From Octopus vulgaris (Eukaryota), in contig OX597822.1 of assembly GCA_951406725.2 (NCBI GenBank), positions 11,532,001 to 11,596,000 on the forward strand: a stretch of DNA of 64,000 nt. Direction: 5' to 3'. The position numbers were made by a program, and so were the translations under genes. The notes beneath the pieces were generated by a model, which saw only the letters and a program-made list of their open reading frames with translations, searched no databases and was not told the origin of the DNA. Below, in pieces: positions 12,739 to 26,662 of the stretch; position 1 is the stretch's first letter, and every line of letters begins with the position of its first letter.

Positions 12739-14239
12739 ACTGTTTCTGTTATATTTGATAATCCTCAGTGTTTAAAGCAAAGAACAGCACTCCTCTAAAT
12801 AAATATACATGAAATCGTTAAATATCTCGCTATGTTACATAATAATAGCAATAATACTAATAACAGCAATAATAAGTGCCAGTTTGTAATACGTACAGGG
12901 TTAATATGGTAAAGTAATGCTTTAAAACTAGTACCCCGCCATCTCAGCCGTCGTAAGTCTGAAATAAATAAATGAGTCAATATGTCTGCGTGTGTGTCTG
13001 TGTGTGAGTATGCACAAACAGTCGCACGTTCACATACATACAGACACATTTATATAGATAAAACAATTGTATGTGATTTTACTGATGTTTATATATTTGT
13101 ACGTGTGTATGCATGTGTGTGTATGTGTGTGTGTGTGTGTGTGGGAGAGAGAGACAGAGAGAGAGAGAAAGATTGTGTTTTCTATATACATACATAAAAA
13201 TATATATTTACTACACACATAAACTCTTACACATATGTACACATATCTGTGTGTGTGTGTGAGTGTGTGAGTGTGTGTGTGTGCGTGTGTGAACGCGCCT
13301 GCTTTGTGTATTTGCATTAGCCTGTCACAGAGTGTATATAATTTCTATTTAAATAACATTGTAGCAAGTTACTAAATGGTTTTTACTAGTACCACAGATA
13401 TTATATTATAAATCTTCATTTCGCCGCGATGTTAGAACATCAATAGACATTTACAAGTCATACGACTCCACCATTTTTAACGATTTTCTATAACAAGATT
13501 TACCCAGAATTTAAATGGTCTACAAAACTGAATTGTCATTGATTAGATTCATAGCAGAACCGACAAAGAATTTGAAAACGAAGTCGAAGCGACGAGTTTT
13601 TAGTAACACAAACGTGATAAGCCGAACATGATTTTTGATGCCGTCTTAATGTATTGCTATTTAAAAGCTAAACCATAACCCAAACAAACGAACAAACGAA
13701 CGGAACTAAAGAATAAGAACACTCTTAAAAGAAACACTGCCAATTCTTTTATGACAAGAAATACTATATTTTTATTCTTTCAATCACTCTTTCGCTTATT
13801 GCTATTTATTATGGTTTGTTTTTGTTTATTTTTTTTCGTCTCGTTAAACTTTTTAACTAAGCAATCAGAATATAAAAGGTGTAACGTTTCTCTAATAACA
13901 AAACAAAAAATCCAACAAACAAACTAACGAGAACAAGAAAGAATAATAAAATGGCGGCGACAAATAAGAAATATACTTTTAACTAATATTGTTGATTGGC
14001 CGTTGTGGGGAAGATGTCGGTGGTTTGTTAACACTCACGGAAATTACTGTGGACTGAATACTGTGCGCTACTTAGTTGCCATCACTTTACATCCTGAGAT
14101 ATTACAACTCTTCTTTCTTAAAAGATCGATTAAATACAAAGACCAGTCATTAAGTATCCGCAAAGTACTTATAAAAATCATCATCGAAGACATATATCGC
14201 CATGATATATTGCTTTTGTGACCGTCAGCATCAGTATCA

Positions 14240-14490
14240 GTTGCTTCTCTGCTTTTGAGCACATTCAGCAGAAAGTTGGTGCCACTGGTTTCTATTCGCT
14301 AAGGTTTTCTGTGTACCCTGTCATGTAATATTCGCCTCTTTCATGTCAGTAACCATTGTTCTAAACCATGTACTTTACAGTCCTCCACTTTTTCCTTTCC
14401 CCTCTAGCTGTGCCAATTTAAGATCTATTTTAGAATGGCATCGTTCTGGGTATCGGAGTATATGACCTGCTTGTGTTAATCTTCATTAGA
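14240..14490 (-). mobile_element. RTE-clade LINE 3' remnant
   Basis: Hand translation RLTQAGHILRYPER...GKGKSGGL*STWFRT...ANRNQWHQLSAECA resembles the RTE C-terminal WAGH...GRP..TW...DR..W pattern. Confidence 0.65.
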
Positions 14491-15182
14491 AAGGCTATAG
14501 GTGTCGGTAGAATACTAGATTGGTGGAATAAACATCAGAGATACTTTGCCCCATGTAGAGACTGCAAGAGCAACTCAGAGCTTTTCCAAGCTCTTCTAAA
14601 TCCATTGCAATGTTGGAAGCTCCTTCGTATAGTCGGCAGGAATCTTTTGCCTGTACGCTTCACCAGAGTTGGTTGGCGAGGACTGAACTAGCCTTCACTT
14701 ACGGTAGTGTTCTACATGCGGTCTGTTACCAACCAAATCTATCTAAAGCTAATTTCACCTCCCGTACATAGTTCCTTGATAGTTCCATTCAGTTTTTCTG
14801 GGTTCCAGATCTCTCTTCTGCAGGAAAGAGCGCACCAATCTAGATGGAAAGCTGCAGCAACCAATTTCAAAGGAAAATGAGTAAAAGAGTGAATAATTAA
14901 GTTCGGGTCTTCTATCAGACGTTTTCTACTAAGCTCTTCTAAGTAAGTAAACTATCAATAGAATATTACGATGGTGTATTTGTTGCTAATCCTAAACAGA
15001 TTATCAATAATTCTCCCTAAGTCAGGGAATCTCCCATGCAATACCGTCATCGAAGTTATATTTTATTTTACATCAGCGAATTATATTTCTTTTGAAATGT
15101 TGCATATTATATCCTACGAAAAATATGGGCTAAAGGCCAGCAATATCATCGACCCCAGTCCTTCAGGGTACTTTAATTTATT

Positions 15183-15415
15183 AAGGCGGCGAGCTGGCAG
15201 AAACGTTAGCACACCGGGCGAAATGGATAGCCGTATTTTGTCTGCCATTACGTTCTGAGTTCAAATTCTGCCGAGGTCGACTTTGTCTTTCATCCTTTCG
15301 GGTTCGATTAAATAAGCACCTGTTACGCACTGGGGACCATGTAATCGACTTAATCCGTTTGTCTGTCCTTGTTTGTCCTCTCTGTGTTTAGCCCCTTGTG
15401 GGTAGTAAAGAAATA
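15183..15415 (+). mobile_element. SINE family A with 16-bp TSD, nested in an older antisense family A copy
   Basis: TSD GGTACTTTAATTTATT at 15167-15182 and 15416-15431. Confidence 0.9.
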
Positions 15416-16021
15416 GGTACTTTAATTTATTGGTCCTGAATGAATGACCAGCAAAGTGTGACCTCGATGATAGATAAATCTCCAAAGTAATGTTCCAGAA
15501 TAGATACCTCTGAGCCTTTTCCCCGTTTTGCTACCGTTTCAGCCAACAAACCGATTTTAATACCTTACGAAAATAATGAGAAACGTGTCTATGCGGACGG
15601 CAATTAACATTATTTACAATCTAGTGAGTTTTTAGCGGCGCTAATCTCGGCGTAGAGACATTTGCATTCATTTGCATTAACGAACGTTCGGTACATTATT
15701 CAATTAGTGGAGGGAATCAGGAGTATTTCGTGTTTAGATCTACTTTGGACGATTCTGGCACTCAGGAAAAACGCATGCATAAACATAAATTAAAACAAAC
15801 TCACACACATAAACATACACAGCAAGAATGATCTAGAAATATATTCCTCTCTCTTCTTTTCACCATCTCTCCCCCTCCCTCCCTGCCTCTCGCCCTATCT
15901 CTCTCTATATATATATGTATATATATTTATGTATGTATGTATATATGTATAGATATATATGTATGTATATATATATATGTATGTATATACTTTTGTATGT
16001 AGTATCTATATATATATATAC

Positions 16022-16061
<40 letters not shown>

Positions 16062-16175
16062 TTGTGTATGTATATACAATATATATATATGTATATATAT
16101 ATAGTTTTACAAATCTATATACTATGTAGTTGAATAATATGTGTATATATATGAAAATATTTGTACATATATGTG

Positions 16176-16230
<55 letters not shown>

Positions 16231-16235
<5 letters not shown>

Positions 16236-16543
16236 CAACGTATAAGTTAGGGCTAAAGAAAATTATTTCTATGCCAATATGCTGATAAAAGACTTTTAAA
16301 TCGTCAATTTCCACATATTATTTACTCGCTACAGAAAACACGTAGAGCTGAAATCGAGGTAGCGAGTAAATAATATGTGGAAATTGACGATTTAAAAGTC
16401 TGTTATCAGCATATTGGCATTGAAATAATTTTCTTTAGCCCTTGCTTATAAGTTGTTTATAATTTTAACCTTTAAAAGTATGTTAATATGCTGCCACTTT
16501 TTGATGAAATTTTTTTCTGTAAAAAAGCTTCATCCTATATTAG
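16231..16543. mobile_element. Fold-back cassette inserted in (TA)n
   Basis: ~100-bp inverted arms 16231-16332 and 16359-16460, then a unique tail; homologous to 39457-39760 and 44960-45130. Confidence 0.8.
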
Positions 16544-16551
16544 TATATATA

Positions 16552-16604
<53 letters not shown>

Positions 16605-16616
16605 TGTATGAGTATA

Positions 16617-16813
16617 TTCTTTTACTTGTTTCAGTCATTTGATTGTGACCATGCTGGAGCACCGCCTTTAGTCAAACAAACCGACCTCAGGACTTATTCT
16701 TTTGGTAAGGCTAGTAATTATTCTATCCGTTTCTTTTGCCGAACCCCTATGTTTCGTGGACGTAAACACACCAACATCAGTTGTCAAGCGATGGTGGGGG
16801 ACAAAGAGACACG

Positions 16814-16854
<41 letters not shown>

Positions 16855-16970
16855 GACGGGCTTCTTTCAGTTTCCGTCTACCAAATCCACTTACAAGGGA
16901 TTTGTCGGCCCGAGACTATAGTAGAAGACACCCAAGTTTCCACGCTTCTTACCACACAGCCACTCTTGCT
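16617..16970 (-). mobile_element. SINE family B, internally deleted
   Basis: Matches the family B tail and head. Confidence 0.85.
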
Positions 16971-16998
16971 CTTATATATAATAATATATATATATGGT

Positions 16999-18089
16999 GC
17001 ATAAGATATTTGAGGACAGATTTATTTTTATAAATAAACAGATATACAATTACAGATAATAACTTTTTTTCTCAAAAAGTTCTATGAGGATAAAAATAAA
17101 CCTTTTCAATAATGTTATTCAATAAAGCCACCTTCAGTTTCAACAACTGCTTCTATATGACATCTCCATGCTTGAATCAAGTTGTCTTGGTTCATTTTGG
17201 ACATTACACTGACAATTGCAGCTTTCATAGAATCATTGGTGTTATGGTCCTGTTCATTGACTTCTCTCTCGACATCGCTCCACATGCAATAGTCCAATGG
17301 AATGAGATCTGGGGAATTAGGAGGCCAAATATTAGGGGTTATGTGATCATGAAAATTACCAGCTATCCACAATTATTTCCAGGACCTCAGTGAAGGCGGC
17401 AGAGTTAACTCTAAGAAAGAACTCCTAAAAGCATGACATTTTAGGAAGTTTTGTATGTATGACACTTGGGACTTCAGAAGGGTCTGCACATAACCGTCTG
17501 TCATTTCTTCTGTTAACTTTTTGAGCTTGACCGAAGTTTTTCTCTTTGAGAAACACCAAATCAAATCGTCTTCTGTTGAAATTTTCAGTCTGTTTAAGAG
17601 CCTTTTGGATCTGACGTAATGATTTTCTCTTGCTTTTTCTGACAAATTGACCTTTCCTCATCATATGAAACTTATATCTGATGTCTTCGTGGAAAACATT
17701 TCTGACTCTGCTTTCTGGAGATCTTTTGCAATTAACTTCATGGACTTTCTGGGATTGTAATCAATGGTCTGTTGAAATTATTGGATAAATTCAGGTGTCC
17801 TGATGCTTTCAGAGCGATTAGAATGCTTTTCCTGCTTTGATACTGGTGATACGTTTTCATCTTCAGTCTCCAACTCCTTACAAACTTGTAGACAGAAGAT
17901 CTGGCAAATTTTCAAATCAAGATATTTCTAAATCACTATACTCAGCCTTTATAACCACAATAACAACACGCCGCTTCATTTCTTGGACAAGCTGAGTGTC
18001 TGCCATTATCATCTGAAACAAAGATTATACAGAGTTAGCAAAAAATGCAACAAACACCCAAAAATGGTATGTCCTCAAGTACCTGTGTA
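16999..18089 (-). mobile_element. Decayed maT (DD37D-like) Tc1/mariner transposon, internally deleted
   Basis: Fragments WCFS/EKNFGQAQKVNRRNDR and WPPNSPDLIPLDY...IEAVVETEGGFIE; short degenerate TIRs (TTGAGGACA / TGTCCTCAA). Confidence 0.82.
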
Positions 18090-18129
18090 TATATATTTAT
18101 ATTTCGTTTATGTATTTAGTTTGTAAGAT

Positions 18130-18365
18130 AATTTATATGAATTCGTGAGTTGAAGCGTATTTTATTGTGTCCGGGGAGAATCATTCTGTTTTAATTCCTT
18201 ATTAAGTAACACACTCACCGGTTCGATTTCCACTCGCTTGCTTATTTATTTTTTCTATAATTTTCGTTGCGTTTTGCAATAGTCGTTGAATCTGTCCGTT
18301 ATCGGAGTTGCGTTCATTTTGTTTGTATGTTTGTGCGCATGTGTGTGCGTCAATGTACATGTGTA
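18130..18365 (+). repeat. Unclassified microsatellite-associated interspersed repeat
   Basis: TTTTCGTTGCG...AATAGTCGTTGA.TCTGTCCGTTAT...GCGTTC shared with 21500-21692 (-) and 30742-30850 (+). Confidence 0.75.
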
Positions 18366-18370
18366 TACAC

Positions 18371-18401
<31 letters not shown>

Positions 18402-18482
18402 TGTATGTATGTATGTATGTATGTATGTATGTATGTATGTATGTATTTATATGTGTGTGTGTGTACATTTGTATGCATGTAT

Positions 18483-18655
18483 TCTGCAGCAATGAGAACT
18501 GCATGGCGGGTATGATTAACCCTGACATTTACCGTAGAACTAGAAATGTAGTCTACAACATAAGGTGCGTTGAGGGTGCTTGTCAAGAGAAGAACATGAC
18601 ATATATTGGCGAGACATGTAGAAGCATTGCAGAGAGACTAGTTGACGTTTGAGAC
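18483..18655 (+). pseudogene. Penelope-like GIY-YIG endonuclease fragment
   Basis: RNVVYNIRCVEGACQEKNMTYIGETCRSIAERL matches the VVY.I.C..C...YIGET.R...RL motif. Confidence 0.8.
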
Positions 18656-19060
18656 AAAATGACGACAGAAATAGTCTTCTATGCTCTACCAACTACCGTA
18701 AGCAGGTAAATAGATATGTATATTAAACAGATATAGATAGGTAGATGGAAAGGTGCATAGGTAATACAGACAGACAAGCATACACACACATACGCACATA
18801 CACACACATACACTCATACACAAAAGAAAACTGAAACACATGACCATATACACACACGCACACTTCCCACACACACACAAGGACACATAGAGACACACAT
18901 TCATACATAACAGACGCACGTACATAGTCACACAAACCCAGTACTAAATAGAAGACATTCGTAGAAGGTAATGATACCCCAAACCCACAGTTTATACATA
19001 GACAGGTAGACTTATTAGTAGGCTGTTATGAAGACATATATATATATATTTATATATATA

Positions 19061-19906
19061 CTAGCAGAATTGCCCGGCGTTGCTCGGGGCTGAATTGCTT
19101 GAAAGTACTGTTAATGATTGCACTGAATTATGATGATTATTCAGGCAAATATTGATATAAGTTTACGCTGGGAGAGAAGGACTTAACGATCAAACGTGTG
19201 TCATTGCATTGTTTTGGGGGAACCAAATTTCTGATGAGCATTATAGGGGCACCAACTTTAAGTTTGAGAATGTGTGGTGTTAGTCCGGGGTGCTCAAAGG
19301 AATTGAGTACCTCTACTGGATAGTTGATGACGTCCTGTGGGTCAGAAGTTGTATTGATAGACTGATATACATAGACTTCCCCAGGAATGAGTTTTAGCAT
19401 TTCATCATTAATATGGTGAACAGTTTTATTCCTCGGGGCCAGTATAGCCTTTTGGCCAATCCAATCCATATTCTGATAATTAGCTTGTAGATCTGGGAAC
19501 ACTGCATCTCTGAGATCAGAAGGCGTCTTAACAATGGTACAAATGGAATCGATGGCAATATTACCATTTTCATCCCCTGGTATTTTGCCTTCGCCAAGTG
19601 CAAGGAGGGTGTGAAGAAATGCTGCTGATGTGATATTACGTCGCATATGAGCACGCATATTGGTGTGAAGTTTGAGAGTTACTTCCCTTTATTAAAAAAA
19701 TATGCATTAAAATGGGAGAAAATGGTGGTAAATTATTTGTAAAATCGTAGACTCATCGTAGACGCGCGCTAATACCCAGAAGGGCTCGATATGAATCACG
19801 ACTATAAGATACTCGGTTTTGGTTAAACTGCATCGCAAAATGTGGGAGTAGTTAGGAATCTAAATCGGAGTAGACAGACACACAACCTTTCTTTTATATA
19901 TAAAGA
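19061..19906 (-). mobile_element. Non-autonomous Helitron carrying a Pif1-helicase fragment
   Basis: 5' A|TC at 19906, 3' hairpin CCCGAGCAACGCCGGG then CTAG|T at 19061. Confidence 0.93.
19137..19680 (-). pseudogene. Helitron RepHel Pif1-like helicase fragment
   Basis: LHTNMRAH...LLALGEG...AILAPRN...LNSFEHPGLTPHILKLKVGAPIMLIRNL...CNDTRL. Confidence 0.92.
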
Positions 19907-19909
19907 TTT

Positions 19910-20215
19910 TCGTCCGTCCTAAAAAACTTTGTGCGGAGTGAATGGTTACCTCTATGGAAATATATACACACACATTATACATACATGTGTGTATAGATGA
20001 ATATATAAATACATTTAAATATCTATATACACTTTTGGGCGATCTTTCTGCTACTTGGATATACTTTAGATCTTATATTCGTCCAATTCGTCCTAAATAA
20101 CTTTGTATGGAGTGAATGGTTACCTCTATGGAAATATATACACACACATTATACATACATGTGTGTGTCTATATACACTTTTGGGCGACTGCTACTTAGA
20201 GATAACTTTAGATGT
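19910..20215. repeat. Local tandem duplication (~170-bp period)
   Basis: GGAGTGAATGGTTACCTCTATGGAAATATATACACACACATTATACATACATGTGTGT occurs at ~19935 and ~20109. Confidence 0.85.
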
Positions 20216-20327
20216 TAGGTGATCTAGCAAAAAGGATGACCAGTTTGACTTGCTCATCCCTGTCACACACTCACACACACGCACACACACACATACACAC
20301 ACGCACCCTCACACACACACACACACT

Positions 20328-20387
<60 letters not shown>

Positions 20388-21013
20388 AGCTTACAATTTT
20401 ATTTATATATTTGCGTGTCTATGTGTGTAAAGAGGAAGTGGGAGTAATATGCAGAGTGAAATAGTAAAATATTTAGTTTTCTCGATTTTTTTCTGAAATG
20501 GGGGTGAAATTGAAAGAAATTTTGCATGCCATGACCGAATGGAAGTACTTTGAAAAATCATAGGTAAACTCTAATTGAAGAAATTGTGTTTTTAATAAAT
20601 CGTTATGTATTTATTTGTTTCTGTTTGCTGTGTTGTTGTTTTTTTTGAGGAGTGGTTTAAGGTACACTTCTCTCGTTTTATATAAATACTTTCATTTTAA
20701 TAGTTGCACACTTGCAAAGAGAAAGGAGGAGAAATTAGTGTGATAGCATCAGTGAAACAGTTCGCTCCGTTTGTGTGTGTGTGCGTGTGTGTGTGCTGTA
20801 GCCCACACTAAGAAAAGCACTTGACTTACACACCACAATGTGAGTTTTCTCGAAATTTTGCTTAATTGGGGTTGAAATTTGAAAAACTGAACCTGGCACG
20901 ACCCGATGTATTCTACTCTTAAAAATGGTAGGTAAATTGTAATTGAAGAAATCCTATATTGTAGATTTCTATAAGAGACAAAGGGAGGCAGATAAAATCT
21001 GCCTTTTAATAAT

Positions 21014-21067
<54 letters not shown>

Positions 21068-21214
21068 GTTAAAGGATATGTAAGTAAACAGATACATAAG
21101 TAGATAGATAAGTAATACGAACAGACGAGGGCACACGCACACAAACACACAAACACACACATATATTTGCATGTATATATATGTATATATATATATAATA
21201 AATTAATAAATAAA

Positions 21215-21692
21215 ACATATGCATATATACATACATATATGTACGTACCTACCTCTACATGTATATATACATGCATATATGGGTACACGACACCCCAAAA
21301 AAAAAACGTCGAACACAATGAGAAACGAAAGCATAGACACAAAACCAAGGAACTGGACATTTGACTTAAACAACGAAAAAATAGAGTACAGGACAAATAA
21401 CACAAAATTGCCCTTCTGTATATATACATGCATATATACATGTATATATACATGCATACACACACGCATGCAAGCATACGTATGTGAATACAAATGCACG
21501 CTGACGTACACATGCGCACAAACAACCAAACAAAAGGAACGCAGCACCGATAACGGACAGAGTCAACGACTATTGAAGAGGCTGCAAGAAGCAACGAAAA
21601 AATAAATAAGTAAATGAGTGGAAATCGAACCGGTGTGTGTGTTAATTGATAAGGTATCAAAATAGAATGACACGCCCCAGACGCAAAAAATA
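21215..21692 (-). repeat. Microsatellite-associated repeat with modules homologous to 4710-4900 and 18130-18365
   Basis: Reverse-complement similarity to both loci. Confidence 0.7.
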
Positions 21693-21759
21693 TGCATACA
21701 TATGTGTATGTATAAACATAACTATATATATACATACATATATATATATATATATAGAC

Positions 21760-21836
<77 letters not shown>

Positions 21837-21933
21837 CGTATATTAATATGTACATGAGCGTTTTTCTCTCTCCCTCTTTCTAACCGTATACATGTATATG
21901 TATATAATACGCATGTGTGTGTGTGTATATACA

Positions 21934-21988
<55 letters not shown>

Positions 21989-23201
21989 ACATTCAAAGAC
22001 ACATTCACACAAACACATACACACACACGCACAATCACACCCGTACACATATACATGTTTTTAAAGCAAAGAATAGCGAATCAGGTCAGCCGATGATATT
22101 TGAGGGTTAGCGTTCTATATTTAAAACGTTCTCGTACTCGAAATTGTCTTGTGTGTTCTTTCGAGTTAATACAGTTTGATTGAAAACAAAATAAATATTT
22201 TGAACGATAGGCTTACACACAAACGCACACGCACATATATACACGCACATATATACATATATATATATATATATATTTATATGTATGTATGTATGTATGT
22301 AAGTATGTATCTATCTATCTATCTATATGTTTATATACATACATATAAATATACACATACACACACGCGCACAAACGTACAGAGTATCTATATGTATGTT
22401 TCTATCTACCGATCTACCTATATCTATATATTTATACACACACACGCGCGCACACAAATATAAATACATACACACACACACACACACACACACCTATATG
22501 TATATATATATATAGACACACGAGTCAATAGTATTTAGATGGGTGTGTGCAATTAAGCGGACCAAATTATTCAATACAGGGAATTAGACTGGAATAAGAT
22601 TTATGCAAAAATTTGAGCGCGTACGCGCATCTATCGGTGTGTGTATGTGCACATACATACAGACATACCTATGTACCAACACACACACACACACATATCT
22701 ATATATACACATATATATATACATATATCTCCATATATCTATCTACATATACGAACATACATACCTTCATACATACATATATATTCACATATATATCCAT
22801 ATATCTACATATACAAAGATACATAAATATATAGAAATATATAGAAATACATATATATGTATACACACATACACATATATAAACATATATATCCATACAT
22901 CTACATATAAAAACATACATGCATATATATATATAAATACATATATACGTATACACACATACATACATATATATATATACACATTTATATCTATATATTT
23001 ACACATACAAACATACATACATACATACATATATATATATATACAAACATACATACATACATATATATATACAAATATATGTATACACATACATATATAT
23101 ATATACAATATATATACACATATATATCCATATATACACATATACAAACATACATACATATATATACATATATGAGTATACGCACACACGCCCAGACACA
23201 T

Positions 23202-23245
<44 letters not shown>

Positions 23246-23246
23246 A

Positions 23247-23299
<53 letters not shown>

Positions 23300-24114
23300 A
23301 GAGATTATGCACTTTCGCGTGCTCTTTAACATTAAGCCCATAAAATAAGATGTTCAATGGCTTTTTGGTCGTAATATAGTTTCTAATAGGCGCAATCGTC
23401 AAAAGTCAGAGTCTTCAAGGAATTACTTTCGTTGCTTCAAAATAATTTGTATTCTGTTTTCTTGCGAGCATCCACACCCCACACCCAATACACCCCCCAC
23501 ACACATACACAGACACACACACAGACACACACACACACACACACGCACACACACACACACAAATATAAGTAGGATTACATTAATAAAGTTTCGCTTCGTA
23601 AATGGGTTCAAACAAAACAATTTGAGGGTAAAATAGAATATTTCTTTAATGGTTTTTCCGGCAAATTCTGCTCCTTTGCCTCCAGAAAAACCACCACGTC
23701 ACACACACACACATTGATTTTGTGGAGCAAAAGTGGTTGTAGTGTTGATGTAGTGGATATCGTGTAAAGACGTAGTCAGCGTGGGATTAACCATTAAGAA
23801 ATCATAAGTCAGTGCTTGGGGCAACAAGGAATGACGGGAACTACAAAAATAGTGAATGGATTACGGCACAAATGAAATCACTTCCTAAAATATTATTGAA
23901 ACTGGCTTATATTATCGGATATATAATCTAGAAGTGTTAATTGTGTCGCAGGGAAGATCTGATCAAAGTATGCGCAAAAAAAATAAAATAGAAAGTGATA
24001 GCATTCCAAAAAATAATTACGGTTGAAATATATAAAAATAAGCATTATTTTCCATTATTATTATTATTTGACCGGAACATCGTCATTATTCTTTCTAAAT
24101 CCTGCAGCATTTCA

Positions 24115-24955
24115 CATCCGATCGTGATTGTTGAGTAACTAGCAGAGGAACTCGGATCTGGTCATTCGACCATTCATCGACACCTGCGTGCCATCGGAAA
24201 AGTCAGCAAATCAGGTCAATGGGTTGCTCAAAAAATTTGCAAGCATCATCGCACCCAGAGGGTGAATGTGTGCTCTTCTTTACTGTCATGTCTTACGAAT
24301 GAACCTTTTTCGGACCAAATGGTGACTGGTGATGAGAAATGGTTTCTCTATAAATATTGTGAAGCGCCGAAGACAGTGGGTAGGAAAGGAAGAAACACCG
24401 GCACCCCAGGCTAAAGAAGGTCTTCACCCACGTAGGGTATTGTTATCTGTTTCGTGGGATATGAAAGGTTTAATCCACTTTGAACTTTTAAACCCAAACC
24501 AAACGATAACAAAGGAGATCTACAGCGTACAGCTTGAGCGGTTTAAGTCAGCGCGAGAAAACCGGCCAAAGGTGTTCTTCCATCAGGATAAAAGATCAAC
24601 GACACGTAGCGAGGATGACATTCAAAAGGCTCGAGTAGTTTGAAAGGTAAAAGATACCCCACCCACCATAGTCGCCGGATATTGCCCCATCTGATTATTA
24701 TTTATTCCGCAGTCATCAAAATCATTTGGACGGAGAAAATATGAATTCTGTAGACGAGGTCAGAACAGTACTGGAGGAGTAGTTTTCTTCACGGACAAGT
24801 GAATTTTGGAAGAGGGGCCTTACAAATTTACCAGATAAGATGGAAGAGCATTGTAGAAAATGAAGGAGAGTATATTTTAGATTAAAAATAACTTTATCTT
24901 AATTTTGAGGCATAAAAGAAGTATAAAAAACACATTATTTATGGGATGATCCAAT
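24115..24955 (+). mobile_element. 5'-truncated mariner (DD34D-type) transposon
   Basis: STIHRHLRAIGKVSKSGQWV, VTGDEKW, GLHPRRVLLSVSWD, FHQD, HPP*SPDIAPSDYYLF, ENEGEYILD*; right TIR ...TTATGGGATGATCCAATA|TA. Confidence 0.92.
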
Positions 24956-25043
24956 ATATACATATACATACATACATATATATAAATATATATATGAAAA
25001 AACAAGTCAAGATAGAAAATGCTAAAATAATTTTATAAAGAAC

Positions 25044-25088
25044 ATTTCAGTACCGGTTTCAGTCATTTGAGACCTTTTCACCTGTAAC
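25044..25088 (-). ncRNA. Degenerate minimal type I hammerhead at the Penelope 3' end
   Basis: Minus: CAG-GTGAAAA-GGTC tcaaat GACT-GAAA-CCGG-TA|CTG. Stems are present but the core deviates from CUGAnGA. Confidence 0.5.
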
Positions 25089-25247
25089 AATTAAATAATT
25101 AAATTTAGAAAAATTAAAAGAAATGTTTTTTTAAAAGAATATTTGTATAGTGTTCAAATATAAGTGGCATTTTCCTTGTTTCTGCCTTTCTCTGTCTCTC
25201 TTGTTTACACTTGCGGGATCGAAGTCCTTGTGAATTCTTGGTAGGGA

Positions 25248-25368
25248 AGAAGAAGAAGAAGAAGAAGAAGAAGAAGAAGAAGAAGAAGAAGAAGAAGAAG
25301 AAGAAGAAGAAGAAGAAGAAGAAGAAGAAGAAGAAGAAGAAGAAGAAGAAGAAGAAGAAGAAGAAGAA
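25248..25368. repeat. (AAG)n microsatellite
   Basis: Perfect trinucleotide run inside the Penelope 3' region. Confidence 0.97.
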
Positions 25369-26479
25369 GGGAGAATATGAATGCGTGGAAGTAGTGGGAT
25401 GTGGGATGACTTAAAGTTGGCACGTTGTGGGTTATAGATGTGATTGGGGCTGGTTTTTAATGGATTCTTAGGAATGTAATATTTGCGTGTGTATTTGTGA
25501 TATTCTAAAGCTGAGGTGGATATATGGTTTGTCGTAGATGCGTTCAGAAGGGGCCTGTATTTTGTAATAAAGAGAGTTTCTTTATTTATTCGTTGGCTCG
25601 AGGTTGTATCGTCCTTGATTTGGTAGAAGGGAAAATCCTGAAGCTTGGAGTTTTGTTGGTGCAAATATCTATGTGTTGGCTGAATGCTATTTTTCTGTTT
25701 TGGGGAATTTTTATCTGGGATATGTGCAGGGCCATTCTTTTACGTAAACTATTTTTTGTTTGGCCTATGGATTGCTCTTGACACCCAGAGCAGGTTAGCG
25801 TGTATATCAGGTTCTCCGAAGCACATGTGAAGTTGCTTTTCACTGTGAACCGTTGTCCCTGTTTGAAGGAGAACTCTGATCCCTCAATTAGATAATCGCA
25901 TATCCCGCAATTAGGTTTTCCACATTTTTTTATTGTCGGCTTCTGTGTTGATGAGCACATTCGGGCTTGTGTTAGGAGACTTTTCATAGATTTGGGTTGT
26001 CTCTTGCTTTTTATGATCGTGTGTGTTTGGAGGATTAAGTTCATTCTGTGGTCTTTTTGTAGCAAGGGTATGTTTTGGAGGATGGTGTCGAAGGCTTCAT
26101 TGCTGAGAGGGTTGTGTGTGGTAAGGCTTTTGGTCGTAAATTTTTCTTTAATTTGGAATGTCTGAGTTCCTGGATGTTGAGTTGAAGGGCACGTTGAATG
26201 CATATGTCAATTAGTGAAGGTGGGTAGTTCCTGGTGATGAGGGTATCTTTTAGTTCATGTAGTCGTGTGTCTCTGGTGTTTTCATTAGAAACTATAGTAA
26301 TATCCTTTTTGCTAGATTGAAGGGGATATTCATATATATTCATATATATATATATATATTGAGAATCACTTTAGCGAAGTGTGTGTGTGTATACGAACTT
26401 TTTGACATATTTCAACTTCTAAAGGCAAATGTATTTATGCATGCGTATATGTTTGCCTATCTTTATCTGTATATCCCAT

Positions 26480-26662
26480 CATCGCTTGACACCGGTGTTG
26501 ATATGTTTTCGTTTCAGTAACATAGTGGCTGGACAAAAGACAACGATAGAATGAGTACCAGGCTTAAAAACATAAGCACGGGAATCAATATACTCAAGTA
26601 AACTTCTCAGAGCGGTGCTCCAGCATGTCCACAGTCTTATGTCTGACATAAATAAAAGATAC
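26480..26662 (+). mobile_element. SINE family B, old 3' fragment
   Basis: GCGGTGCTCCAGCATG tail. Confidence 0.7.

Larger units (their letters stand above)
24995..26330 (-). mobile_element. 5'-truncated Penelope-like element (RT C-terminus, Zn finger, GIY-YIG), flanked by (TA)n
   Basis: RLHELKDTLITRNYP; CGKPNCGIC; NFTCASENLIYTLTCSGCQEQSIGQTKNSLRKRMALH; KETLFITKYRPLLN. Pyrimidine-rich 3' region and a hammerhead-like end. Confidence 0.9.

Noticed and set aside
19137-19658. Host PIF1 helicase gene
   Set aside because: It is a fragment enclosed by Helitron termini.
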